From: Octopus vulgaris
Taxonomy: Eukaryota
DNA: 64,000 bases
Reading direction: 5' to 3'
NCBI GenBank assembly: GCA_951406725.2
Contig: OX597832.1
Location: forward strand, 17,236,001-17,300,000
This document shows positions 1 through 12,241 of this stretch, piece after piece; positions within the stretch are counted from its first letter, which is position 1; every line of letters begins with the position of its first letter. A program made the position numbers and the translations under genes. The notes beneath the pieces are model-generated. The model was not told the DNA's origin, did not search any database, and saw only the letters and a list, made by a program, of their open reading frames with translations.

Positions 1-75
1 CAGGTAGCCTTAATGCACAAAGAAATTTTATCCACAAATGCGGAGTTAAGCACTTATGCTCATTGTTCAATATTT

Positions 76-109
<34 letters not shown>

Positions 110-110
<1 letters not shown>

Positions 111-468
111 ATTTAAATATGCAGAAAATGGGGAAAACATTTGATTAGTAAACAAAACTTGACCAACATCGGTTAATTATTTTTTGATACAAAGCATAAT
201 ATCTCTTACGGCAGTTTCGGCTGCCAATGTCAGTCGGTGCTTACAAAGAAAATTCCGAAAATAGTATTCGTCATTTTATAGTTCATTCAAATGTACCAGA
301 AAGATGACAGATATTATTTTCGGAATTTTCTTCGTAAGCACGGACTGACATTGGCAGCTGAAACGGCCGTAAGAAATGTTAAGTTTTGTATTAGAAAATA
401 ATTAACCGATGTTGGTGAAGGTTTGTTTGCTAATCAAAAGTTTTCCCCATTTTCTGTTTATTTAAATT
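110..468. repeat. Long imperfect inverted repeat (fold-back), arms ~165 bp; probable Penelope-like pLTR-derived element
   Basis: aatttaaatatgcagaaaatggggaaaac...ttacggcagtttcggctgccaatgtcagtc is the reverse complement of gactgacattggcagctgaaacggccgtaa...ttttccccattttctgtttatttaaatt; centre ~285-290. Confidence 0.8.
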
Positions 469-640
469 TGATTCCTGATAAACTTTTGTTTATTCTGTTA
501 TTACGTGTAACATGTGAGCTTGCATACACATGAACAGGAATAACATAGGTAAATGATATCGGTAGCAATAACGGATAATCTTATCCCTTAGACGGTTATT
601 TCAAGCGTTAACCGTGCTTACCTTATATATATATCATCAT

Positions 641-1295
641 ATACTGAGAACCTTCTGAACTAGAGAGAAGGAAACCATGGTGTTCCTCTGCAGGACATTC
701 GTCCTCAGTCGTCTGGACTACAGCTTCCAGCTATGGTCATCCCATAGTATGAAATTAACAGCGGAACTTGAAGCAATCCAGCAAAGCTTCACAAGAAAGA
801 CTGTCCCATTGCAACACCTCTGCTACTGAGAAAGGCTGAAGCAGCTAAGACTCTAGTACCTGGAGCGAAGGTGGGAGAAGTATGCAGTAATATACATCTG
901 GAAGGGACTGTGCCAAAATTTTGGCATTGGAAGCTACACAAATGCCAGGACGGATCGTCACTACACAGTGCCAAAGATCCCAGCATTGCGTCGCGCTTCA
1001 GGACCAGTTACCGCAACAGCCTGGGTTTCAGGAGCCCACAGCTTTTTAATATTCTCCCAAACGCCTAAGGGACCTACACAAAGCGGATTTAGGTGTTTTC
1101 ATATCAAAACTGGATCTCTTCCTGACGAGAGTCCCAGATTAACCTGCCTCGCAGCTGGAGGCGCAATGAGTGTAGCGACATCAAATTCCCTTATTCACCA
1201 AAGTGCCATATGTCAGAGGAAGGACTCCAAAATAGCAGTGTAGCAAAACGGCAGTGCCCCAGCATGGCCAAAACTTTGAGCTGAAAATGGTAAAA
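641..1295 (+). mobile_element. CR1/L2-type LINE, degraded ORF2 C-terminus plus 3' tail
   Basis: Manual translation from 641: ILRTF*TREKETMVFLCRTFVLSRLDYSFQLWSSHSMKLTAELEAIQQSFTRK, later LERRWEKYAVIYIWK; resembles the CR1-clade post-RT region (LxRPxLEY..QxWSP...LExVQ; LExRR); stops and frameshifts present. Confidence 0.75.
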
Positions 1296-1303
1296 CAATT
1301 AAG

Positions 1304-1487
<184 letters not shown>

Positions 1488-1488
1488 T

Positions 1489-1672
1489 CGCCATGATAGA
1501 TCGCTAGCCACTACACATTCTTTATTTTCTCTCCCTGTTTCTTTCTGTGGAAGAGCGTGGGGTCGAAACGTAAAAGACTTTTTCACTTCCCGAGCGTTAT
1601 ACTAATACATCTGTTTGTTGTCTACACTACCTGTCTTCGTCTTTTGTTTTTGGGGGGAATTCTCCCCACCCC

Positions 1673-1675
<3 letters not shown>
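1489..1675 (+). mobile_element. Short Penelope-like pLTR element with minimal HHR motif (family H1)
   Basis: cttt-CTGTGGA-A-gagcgtggggtc-GAAAC-GTA-aaag at 1541-1576; homologous copies at 11125, 40550, 50070 and 52375; (TA)n on both sides. Confidence 0.65.
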
Positions 1676-1744
<69 letters not shown>

Positions 1745-2470
1745 TTTAGATTTAGATGAATTAAGTACTTAAGTTGAGACACCAGGATTTAGTACGATAT
1801 AATCCATACACTTTCAAAGTAAGGTGATTAAAATCAAAATAAGCAACAGGATATCCAGTTGAACAATGCAACTATTACATCAATTTAAATGCAGAGCAAT
1901 CCTCAGCTGCATAAATACATAGAATTAAATTAAATTAAAACAGATGGACATATTGGTATAATTTTACCTAAAACCTCCAAGAAGGTAAGGAGATAGACAA
2001 AGAACATGCTGTCTTCACTTGTTTGTTCTCTTTTCTCTGCTATACTCAGATCCTCCAGTGAATCGCTTTAATTTCTGTTCTTTCTATTCTTCTTTTCTTT
2101 CCATGTATAGTTTTCGGTTGTTTCACGTCTATTATTCATCCTTCACTGCCATCGTCGAGGTCAACGGAGAATCCACACTTTTGAATAAAACTGGATCGCG
2201 CTTGGTTACAAATATACTTGAATAAATAGAGTACAACACGATAATGCTGTCGCTAGTTATTAACACCAAACTTGCACTCAACGTCCCACATATGACATCG
2301 GTTTGAGATGCTTTGTTGTTATTTTGAATATCATTATGAAACGAAAATAACATTACATACATAATAAATGTAAATGTGTGTGTATGTGTATATATATATA
2401 CATGTATACGTATATTTATGTATATGTGTATATGTATATGTATATATATAAGTATATATATATGTATATG

Positions 2471-2555
<85 letters not shown>

Positions 2556-2654
2556 GCGTGTATATATATATATATATATACACGCACAGATGTATATGTA
2601 GACGAATATATGTATGTATATATATATATATATACATGTAGTACATATACATAC

Positions 2655-2688
<34 letters not shown>

Positions 2689-2762
2689 TTATATATATAT
2701 ACTTATATATACATAAATATATATATATATATACTTATATATATACATATATATGTATATAC

Positions 2763-2811
<49 letters not shown>

Positions 2812-2829
2812 CATGTATGTATGTATGTA

Positions 2830-3700
2830 TGAATAGTTTCTGTAATTGAGGGACGCGTGGAATCTGAAGAAAAGCATTTTAGAATTATAACATCTGTGGC
2901 AATGCCAACAGTTCGTCTCTCTAAGGAGATTGGTAACTGTGAAATCTGTCGAGTTGTGACTGAAAACATCAAAATCTGATTCAATCAATCCAAAGTTATC
3001 CACAAAGCTTATACGAGTCAGCAATTCATTTTATTGTGAATTTGAATAAAAGAAATTGAAGAAGATAGTAACTAAATGATAAAGTGCAGATGGTGCGATA
3101 TGAATGAAATTCGTAGATAGAGTGCAATTATTTGAGCATCGTGTGAATGCACTAAAATAGTTTCTAGCGTGTGATCTGCAGCTTAATGCGTTTATTGAAT
3201 ATATTCAATTGCTTAAAATGGGTTTTAAATTTCAAATGACTGAAGCAAAAATATAATAAAATAAATGGTAAAGATGATTCAGGTGTTGTCACAGTGACAT
3301 ATGTTGATAAAATAAACGTATAAAACTAATTTTAAGCACTGCTTTTTCTGCGTGTAAACATACACCCTCAAAATGTCCTGCATTTGGTAAAACGCGCATA
3401 AATAATAACCGTGAGAGAAAAGAACCGCTTTCAGGGAGTATGGAGATCTACTGGAGTAAGAAAAAAGCAAATAGAGAATTGAAGAAATTGGCGGTGCCAC
3501 GACAAGGCCACATTTTGTGAGCTAAAACAGGTAAAAGAATTAACGAGAATTCTACTGGTATGAATAGTTAGGATGATGTGGTACCTCAAAAATTGTGGGT
3601 GAATTGCTATGACAATTGCTAAGGACTAAAATCGTGTTATATAGTGTTATCTTGTTAAATTAGATTTTAAAAGAGCGATATACCGTATTTGATGGCATAA
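2830..3700 (+). pseudogene. Possible highly degraded Ty3/gypsy gag relic
   Basis: ~3335-3400 reads, across a frameshift, HCFFC..KHTPSKCPAFGKT, resembling the gypsy gag Cys/His knuckle (CxxCG..H....CPA.GK.C); many stops; boundaries are guesses. Confidence 0.3.
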
Positions 3701-3987
3701 CAGATGCAAGGGCATATGTGACGAACCCCATTATTAGTAGCGCATATTCATGAAAATGTGAGTGTAGGGACACAAAATTAACATATGGGACTCGGAGTAA
3801 TATTTTTGTGAATTATATCCTATGAAAATCATTTTCTGACGCAAACGAATTTATGATACGACAAAAGATTTATACAACAAAAGATGTTACAGTAAAAACT
3901 GATGCGAGTGAGAACGCTTTGCGAGATATTATTCCACGATTACCATGAACACTAACCACAGCTGAACGAAGCAAGAAATTCAAATAT

Positions 3988-4415
3988 TGGTTTCAAACTT
4001 TTGCACAAGGTAGCAATTTCAGAGGAGGGAGTAAGTCGATTACCTCGACTCCAGTGTTAGCTAGCAGAATCGTTAGCACGTCGGGCGAAATGCTTAGCGT
4101 ATTTCGGCTGCCGTTACGTTCTCAGTTCAAATTCCGCCGAGGTCGACTTTGCCTTTCATCCTTTCGGGGTCGATAAATTAAGTACCAGTTACGCACTGGG
4201 GTCGATGTAATCGACTTAATAACTATGCCTGTCCTTATTTGTCCCCTCTATGTTTAGCCCCTTGTGGGTAATAAAGAAATAAATACTTATTTTGTCGACC
4301 CTGGAAAGATAAAATGCGAAATCGACCGCGGTGGAATTTGAACTCGGAGCATGAAGACAAAAATACCGCTAAGCATTTTGCCAGGTGTACTAACGATTCT
4401 GCCTGCTCACTGCCG
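3988..4415 (-). mobile_element. SINE family B copy, interrupted by a nested opposite-strand copy
   Basis: Minus-strand tail 3988-4060 and minus-strand head/core 4284-4415 are colinear once 4060-4283 is removed. Confidence 0.7.
4060..4283 (+). mobile_element. SINE family B (tRNA-derived head, MetaSINE-like core)
   Basis: gcagaatcgttagcacg...gttcaaattcc (B box), core gtcgactttgcctttcatcctttcggggtcgataaattaagtacc, tail ttagccccttgtgggtaataaagaaat. Confidence 0.8.
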
Positions 4416-4812
4416 GCATTTTTAACAACCGGTGCAATTGTTCAGCTATTGAAAGGTCGTTTAAGTCATTGAAAAACATGTTAGCAGTTGAAAATAATGT
4501 TTTGTATAATGGACTGGAGATTTAATTATTGTAGCAACCTGTTTGAAAACATTAATGATTAAAGCTATTATGATGAAGTAAATTGAGGCTGAACTGTTTC
4601 AAGAATTGTTTGAAATTAGAAGCAAAGTGGAGAATTCCTATGAATTTCATGCTAATGATTTGTGTACGACTTTACAATTATAGATGTAAACTTATGGAAA
4701 CGCCTTCATAGCATACAAAATCAAACGAAATTTCCGAAAGAATAGTCATAATGGCTTTAAAAGCATATTCCTTCATCAAGTATAAGTTCCAGTAACGCAT
4801 ATTCGAATAGCA

Positions 4813-5158
4813 TACTCTTTTACTTGCTTCAGTCATTTGACTGCGGCCATGCTGGAGCACCGCCTTTAATCGAGCAACTCGACCCCGGGACTTATTCTTT
4901 TGTAAGCCCAGTACTTATTCTATCGGTCTCTTTTGCCGAACCGCTAAGTAACGGGGATGTAAACACACCAGCATCGGTTGTCAAGCAATGCTAGGGGACA
5001 AACACAGACACACAAACACACACACGCATATATATATATATATACATGTATACGACGGGCTTCTTTCAGTTTCCGTCTACCAAATCCACTCACAAGACTT
5101 GGGTCGGCCCGAGGCTATAGTAGAAGACACTTCCCCAAGGTGTCACGCAGTGGGACTG
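4813..5158 (-). mobile_element. SINE family A (tRNA-derived, internal microsatellite), 5'-truncated
   Basis: Reverse complement of the full copy at 18590-19006. Confidence 0.85.
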
Positions 5159-5304
5159 GTTATCATTATTATTATTTCTCTTATTTTCTTTTATTTTTAG
5201 CTATTGAATAATTTCACAGCCAGGAAAAGCACATTTGCTTTGATGGATAGACAAATACTAACATCAGTGACAAAATCATACGCGACTGCAGCGGCAACAA
5301 TAAG

Positions 5305-5683
5305 TGGAGGCGCAATGGCCTAATGGTTAGGGCAGCGGACTCGCGGTCGGAGGTTCGCGGTTTCGATTCCCAGACCGGGCGTTTTGTGTGTTTATTGAGC
5401 GAAAACACCTAAAGCTCCACGAGGCTCCGGCAGGGGGGTGGGGGTGGCGACCCCTGTTGTATTCTTTCGCTCCAACTTTCTCTCACTCTTTCTTCCTGTA
5501 TCTTGTCCCCGACTTCCTACGCATCCGCTGAGCCTGGATGCGCATTCATCCATCCGTCGATGCTCTCGGTGTCGGGGTTTGACCTGCTTTCTCTTCTGCG
5601 GGTCTTACGAATAGCGAAGGACTACGTTTCGGACATCTCCCCTCTTGCGAGCTCTGGGACGAAGACCGTTCGCTGAACAGCAA
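5305..5683 (+). mobile_element. tRNA-derived SINE, family C
   Basis: A box tggcctaatgg, B box ggtttcgattcc, GC-rich body, caa/cag tail; candidate degenerate TSD cagcggcaacaata (5289-5302) / cagctgcaacagta (5684-5697). Confidence 0.7.
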
Positions 5684-6653
5684 CAGCTGCAACAGTAGCT
5701 CTAGTTTGGAATCGATTCCAAAGAATGTGATGAACAACAAAGTAAATTCGTAGATCAAGCAGGTGAAAATACGGCTGTAAAATTATTGCAGGTGAGCAGG
5801 GTATATTAGTACAAGCAAATCAAATAAACAAATATGAAAAGTAAACAAAATGCCGAATCAATCAATCAAGTTTTGAATGATATTCCAGGTTCTAATGATA
5901 AATATTGGGATTTGACAACTGATACAGAACCAAACATTGCAAATATTGTTCGACGCATTTCTCGAATAGCAAATTCGTTTCCGGAAGATATGATGTTATT
6001 GTTATGCTAATGTTGGTATCATGCATTTTTACAAGCTGATTATGACTATTTCAAGTTGCTACCAGATCAATGTCAAAGCTTGGTTATTGAGCTGAATAAA
6101 GCTTCTGAATGTAAAGAATTACTTGCAACTGTAGCTTTATTTGGCGAAATACGGTACCACACGACCAAAATATTGTTTCATTTATTGCCGAAGCAACTCG
6201 TATTGCAAAAATAGATTTCGGTGCTGCAACCGAAATCACATCAAAAAGGGCTTTGGTATATTTGTAGTTTGCACTCATGATCTTGTACACCTCTCTTGCA
6301 ATACTGTCTCAAAATATTAAAACACATATACACACACACACTGTAACATAGACCACAACCGATCCGCTCTCTTTTTTTTTTCTTTCTTTTTTTTCAGTAA
6401 AGGGAAATCTCCAGAGCAGCACATTTCTTTTTTCAGTTGAGTCATGACCAAATTTCACATCGATTCAACATTCCCAAAATTTCTAATTGATAGGTCTAAC
6501 ATATCTCGGGCCCCATTTTCCAAATCACAAACATTTTTGGTCATTATTCCATAACGGGAATGCTTTCAATATCTACAAGGTGCTCCACTACATCTTTCAG
6601 ATCTCGGAAGCGCTTGAGCATACGCCCTTGGGGAATTTCAACCGTGTTTCGCG

Positions 6654-6783
6654 ATACTTATTTCATCGACTTCAGAAGGCAAAGTCGACCTCGGCGGAAT
6701 ATAATCGCTGAGCGTAAAGACAGACGAAATGCCGCTAAGCATTTTGTTTTAGCGTGTTAACAATTCTTCCAGTTTGCCGCCTT
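6654..6783 (-). mobile_element. SINE family B, degenerate partial copy
   Basis: tacttatttcatcgac...aaggcaaagtcgacctcggcggaat...gctaagcatttt...tttgccgcct. Confidence 0.65.
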
Positions 6784-7164
6784 ATCTGAGAGCTAAGTAC
6801 CAAATGGTAATTGGTTGTCATAAGGATGTGACTATTAAGTAATCACTTAGTATGATTTTGATTCAGCATTCATTCCACAATATACCCGTTATGACTGAAA
6901 GAAAATTCTTTCTGACCTTATGATATTTTTCCAGCTGTTTCAAGTAAATTAAAATATTAGTTTTATGGCTTAAATTATTTTACTCATATGAGACTTTAGG
7001 GAACTTTGCCAGGGGGCAGATTCGAAAATTAAATGAGGTTATAATTTAACATACAGGAGTGAGTGGAGTCCTTATTCATCGTGTAGAGGCTATCGTGTTA
7101 TCTTGAGAGACATTTTACTTCTCTCAGCTACTTGATTTCTGTTGTGCTGGGGCGCTGCCGTGCT

Positions 7165-7495
7165 CCTCAGGTACTGTCGTACTGAGGTACTGTCGTGCTG
7201 AGGTACTGTCGTGCTGAGGTACTGTCGTGCTGATGTACTGTTGTGCTGAAGTACTGTCGTGCTGAGGTACTGTCGAGGTGAGGTACTGTCGCGCTGAAGT
7301 ACTGTTGTACATAAGTACTGTCGTAATGAGGTGCTGTTGTGCTGAGGTACTGTCGTGCTGAGGTACTGTCATCCTGAGGTACTGTCATGCTGAGGTTCTG
7401 TCGTGCTGAGGTACTGTCGTGCTGAGGTACTGCCGTGCTGAGGTACAGCCGTGCTGAGGTACTGCCGTGCTGAGGTACTGTCGTGCTGAGGTACG
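7165..7495. repeat. 16-bp minisatellite (GTACTGTCGTGCTGAG)n, ~20 copies
   Basis: Tandem units visible directly, with point variants. Confidence 0.9.
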
Positions 7496-8235
7496 GCGTT
7501 TATAGGATTTTGGGTGAAATATATCAACCCTAGAACTTATTTAACTATGGTTCTTATTTTATCTAATAGTAATATACGGAACTTTTGTCCACAGGTAAGG
7601 ATTCCCCACTTCTACTCAACCCTAGGTTACAGGCTGCGTTCTTGACACTTGTTTTGTAGCTATTGCTTTTGTTATAGATGTCAATGAAAGAATGTGAGCA
7701 CGTGGTGAGGGTGATAGGCTTACTACTACGAGGTTTTGTATTCAATTCCAGGAACGGGTGGCACGTTCTATTCTTAAGCATGACGATTTTGTTTCACGTC
7801 GCTCCCGTCTCCTCAGCTGAGAACGAGCACCAAGTCAGTGCTGGTACAGACCTCTCCAGCTCCCGCTCCAGCTGCTACCACCCACAATGTTCCACTGGGT
7901 CAGCGGATGAGGGAACTCAAGCAAAGTGTCTATATGTGCCCGTGACTACATAGGCATCTAAAAACCAATTGGCGAAATCATAGTCACTTGCGGTTGATTG
8001 TTATGGCATCATACATAGCTGTCAACGTTACTGATGCGTCAATTGAAGATATTTCCATTTCGCTCTTGCTGCTGCTATCTAAACCTCTGCTGTTGTTGTT
8101 GTTGATATTGTTGTTGTCATTGTCATCATCGTTATTGCTGTTGTTGTTGTTGTCATCGTTGTTGTTGTTTAGTTGTTGCCATCATTTGTTTTTACTACTG
8201 TTGTTATCGATGTTAATGTTATTATATCAATAACG

Positions 8236-8560
8236 TTTCTTTCATATCTTTGCATTGATCGATCGGAATCTCGCCAAACATACAATTACATCCAATTAAC
8301 AGATATAATGCTGATGATGACCAAAATTAATTAGGATTTCCATACATGATACATCACTGAGAGTGCCTCATTGAAGGAGATTCACAATTACAGCGAAGAA
8401 ATTAGCGGTTATGAATGAATTAAATGATCATATTAAACGAAAAAAAAAATTTTTTTAGTGAATGAAATTAGTGTGGAGCGAATGAAACATCTACAATGAA
8501 CGAATCAGTTTTCAACGAATAATCACATTCATTAATAACGAAACTAATTATCAATGTAAG
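8236..8560 (+). repeat. Direct repeat, copy 1 (copy 2 at 10029-10306)
   Basis: ttctttcatatct..gatcgatcggaa(a)tctcgccaaacatacaatta...gatgatgaccaaaattaattaggatt shared between both loci. Confidence 0.85.
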
Positions 8561-8934
8561 TTTTATTATTTATTTTTATAATTTGTATTTATTTATTTTA
8601 TCATAACTGCAAACAAACACCACAGAAGAAGCTAAGGCCGGTTTATGGCCTTACCCTGAGCTTCCGTAAAGCGCTTAGCTTTATGGTGTATCATCAGATC
8701 CCAGACCTGTTGGCTTCTGGCCCCTCCAGTGTGGCCCTTCTAGAACATGTAGGAACAAAGGGCCTTGCTGCACAGTCAAAAATCGAGGATTGCTTTCCAA
8801 CAGGCCGGCAGGAACTTCCTAAAATGCAAGCACGGTCCGATGACCTCAGTTCCGGTGTTAAGAATGTCCCCTGGTTCGAGGGAGTCCTTTAAAATCCGCG
8901 TCCGTTCCGCTATGCACGATTTACTCCGCTTATA

Positions 8935-8967
<33 letters not shown>

Positions 8968-9149
8968 GCACACACACATACACACATACATATATATATA
9001 TATATATGCACACATACACAAATATGCATACACATACACATATATGCACACACACACATACATACATATATACATATATATATATCTTTTATTTACATAT
9101 ATCATATGTATATATATATATATATATATATAGATGTGTGCAAATCTTT

Positions 9150-9448
9150 TATTTTCTTTTATTTGTTTCGGTCATTTCACAGTGGCCATGCTGGAGCACC
9201 GCCTTTAGACAAACAAATCAACCCCAGTACTTATTCTGTCGGTCTGTTAATGGGACATCAACACACCAACATCAGTTGACAAGAGATGGTGTGGGGACAA
9301 ACAGACACACACACACACACACACACACGAATATATATATTTACGATGGGCTTCTTTCAGTTTTCGTCTACCAAATCAACTCACAAGGTTGTGGTCTGCT
9401 GTAGGTTATAGTAGAAGGCACTTTGCCAAGGTGCCGTGCTGTGGGATG
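9150..9448 (-). mobile_element. SINE family A, degenerate
   Basis: ggccatgctggagcaccgccttt...cttctttcagtttt...ttgccaaggtgccgtgctgtggga. Confidence 0.7.
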
Positions 9449-9490
<42 letters not shown>

Positions 9491-10028
9491 CAGAGAAAGA
9501 GAGAGAGAGAGTGTGTCTAGATTAGTGGTTAGGTGTGTTGCACTCATGATCTCTTGATAGTGGTTTCGATTTGGATATCGATTCCCAAAATACTTAATCT
9601 CCCGTTGCTCTACAATCATTTCCACAACTGAAGTGTGTCACCCCATGCAACATGTCCCTGTACAAGCAACGATTTGATGGCGGGATGGAGATAAGGGGCA
9701 ACGCAAACATTTGATCACTATAAACCAATCATCTGGGCAGGTTGCTCAACAAGAGGTTGCTGAACCCTCGTGTGATGTGGTTGCTTGTGGCAGGAGAGTC
9801 CTTCACATCATATATAATATGTATGTACACACACACGCAATATACACATATATAGATACAAATACTCAGACACACACACACACGCATATATATATGCGTA
9901 CATACACAGACACATCCACACACTGTACACACACGCGCATACATATATGGTGTTGGGTTGGTACTGCTTTTACCATTTGTTTTCACTATTAGTTTTACGG
10001 TTTTTATTGTCATCATATCAATGTATAC

Positions 10029-10306
10029 TTCTTTCATATCTGAATCGATCGATCGGAAATCTCGCCAAACATACAATTATTCCCAATTAACAGATATAAT
10101 GTTGATGATGACCAAAATTAATTAGGATTGCCATACAGGATACATCATTGGGAACATCTCATCGAATGAGATTTACAATTACAGTGAAAGAATTAGCCGT
10201 TATGAATGAATTAGTATACAGCGAATGAAATGATTATACTGAACGAATCAGTATCGATGAATACGCTCATTCACTGACGAGGTAATTGTGAATATCAATG
10301 AATAAG
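10029..10306 (+). repeat. Direct repeat, copy 2
   Basis: Diverged copy of 8236-8560. Confidence 0.85.
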
Positions 10307-10518
10307 TATAAATTTGTCTACAAATGAAATTGTTCCAATGAATGAGTTAATGGAAATGAATGAAGGGTCACCGAAAATTAGAATGTGCGTTGAGTATAGA
10401 TTCTAATAAATTTAATAATACTCTATAACCGGTGTTGAGTTAATTCGTTTTTCCCCGCCACCTTTTTGCACTATATTTTTATGAATTATATGCCAATACA
10501 CATACATAAGCGCCTTCC

Positions 10519-10555
<37 letters not shown>

Positions 10556-10633
10556 TTTTATAAGCGCGTATGTGTCTTTTAAGTTTGCTTGTGTGTGTTA
10601 ATATGTGTATTTATGTGTATACAGTGGCATTTG

Positions 10634-10668
<35 letters not shown>

Positions 10669-10792
10669 ATATGTGTGTGTATATATGTATATACGTATAT
10701 GAGAGTGAGAGTGTGTGTGAAAGTGGGAAAGTGAGCGTGTGTGTGAGAAAGAGAGAAATTGTATATATATATATATATTTATTATTTACATG

Positions 10793-10851
<59 letters not shown>

Positions 10852-11029
10852 ATTGACATACATAGACGTATACAGGTGTGTCTCTATATTTGCGTGTATT
10901 TATGAGTTAAAAATAATGTTATTATAGCAAAGCACTTTTAAGAATATCTGATTATTTACTAATGTTGTGTCATTATACAGGGAGTTGAGTCATATTCATC
11001 GCCAGGGTCAAGTACGTCAGTATATATAC

Positions 11030-11062
<33 letters not shown>

Positions 11063-11124
11063 AACGAATGTAGACAGCACATACACGCACATACAAATCA
11101 TATATATATATGTATGTATCAGTT

Positions 11125-11312
11125 GAAAGTTATAGAAAAACAAAAGAAGAAGACAGGTGCATGAACAACAAGCAGGTGTATTAGTTTGACGCTTGGGAAA
11201 ATGAAAAGGTCTTTTACGTTTAGAGCCGACGCTCTTCAACAGAAAGGAATAAGAGAAAATAATCGGAGAGAGAAGGAAAAATCTGTAGATTTAACAGTCA
11301 AGCATGGCGTCT
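11125..11312 (-). mobile_element. HHR element family H1
   Basis: Minus strand 11246-11211: cttt-CTGTTGA-A-gagcgtcggctc-TAAAC-GTA-aaag (GAAA mutated); flanks match 1489-1675. Confidence 0.65.
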
Positions 11313-11371
11313 GCGTTCGTTTGTGTGTGTGTGTGTGAGTGTATATATATATATATGTGTGTGTAAAACCT

Positions 11372-11580
11372 TTTAATTGTTTCAGTCATTGGGTAGCGGC
11401 CATGCTAGGGCACCGACTTAGGGAATTTTTAGTCGAATGAATCGAGTCAAGTACTTACTTTCTTAAACCTAGTATTTGTTCCCGCAGTTTTCTTTTGCCG
11501 AAACGCTAAGGTACGGCTACGTAAACACACCAACTCCATCTGTCATGTGGTAGCGTATGACAAACACTGGCACAAAGACA
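11372..11580 (-). mobile_element. SINE family A, 3' part, degenerate
   Basis: tgtttcagtcatt...gcggccatgctagggcacc...ttttgccgaaacgctaag...gtaaacacacca. Confidence 0.65.
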
Positions 11581-12166
11581 TCCAGTACACACGCACACAC
11601 ATACACACACATACACACACACACACATATATATATATATGGAATGTTGCAGTCTGCAAATGGTGACAGACACAGCATTAACAACAACAACAGTAATACT
11701 TTATCTCGAAAATTCCATATTTCTGCTAAAACGGACAGGTCAGTAAACAACCTCGCCACTACATTAATGTAAATCTTAATGTAAATTGTTTTGAATTCAT
11801 AATATTCTGTACTCAACTTTTTTTGATAATTCCTCCTGGAAATTACCCTGAGATGTATAATATATTTGTTTTAATCTTTTCTGCCCATTTTTTCAATGAG
11901 CTTGTTAAACCTCTTTATATTCTCATCATACTGTTGTACTTTTTTTATGTCCTTAACATGTCCCTGTTACCAAAGACTGTATATATACATGTAATGTAGC
12001 AATTTGCAACAACCAATAATTAACGCAACCAAACTTCCATAAGTTACTTTTGACAATCTTTTTCCAAAGAGTGAAACCGGTTAAGTAAATAAACATAATT
12101 TAAATTGCATTTTCAAACCTTCTTTCGTATATAATTCGACTCGTGCGATACCCCACAACTCAACTT

Positions 12167-12238
<72 letters not shown>

Positions 12239-12241
<3 letters not shown>

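Noticed and set aside
1741-2000. Another degenerate HHR/pLTR on the minus strand
   Set aside because: Core and GAAA both too degenerate to support.
4420-4680. Gypsy integrase zinc-domain relic
   Set aside because: Resemblance needs several frameshifts; not supportable without a search.
5305-5380. tRNA gene
   Set aside because: Continues into a SINE body and tail; cloverleaf imperfect.
7165-7495. CRISPR-like array or repeat protein
   Set aside because: No unique spacers, eukaryotic context, and a 16-bp unit does not preserve frame.
8635-8930. GC-richer island with short ORFs
   Set aside because: No recognisable domain or splice context; probably an unassignable TE fragment.
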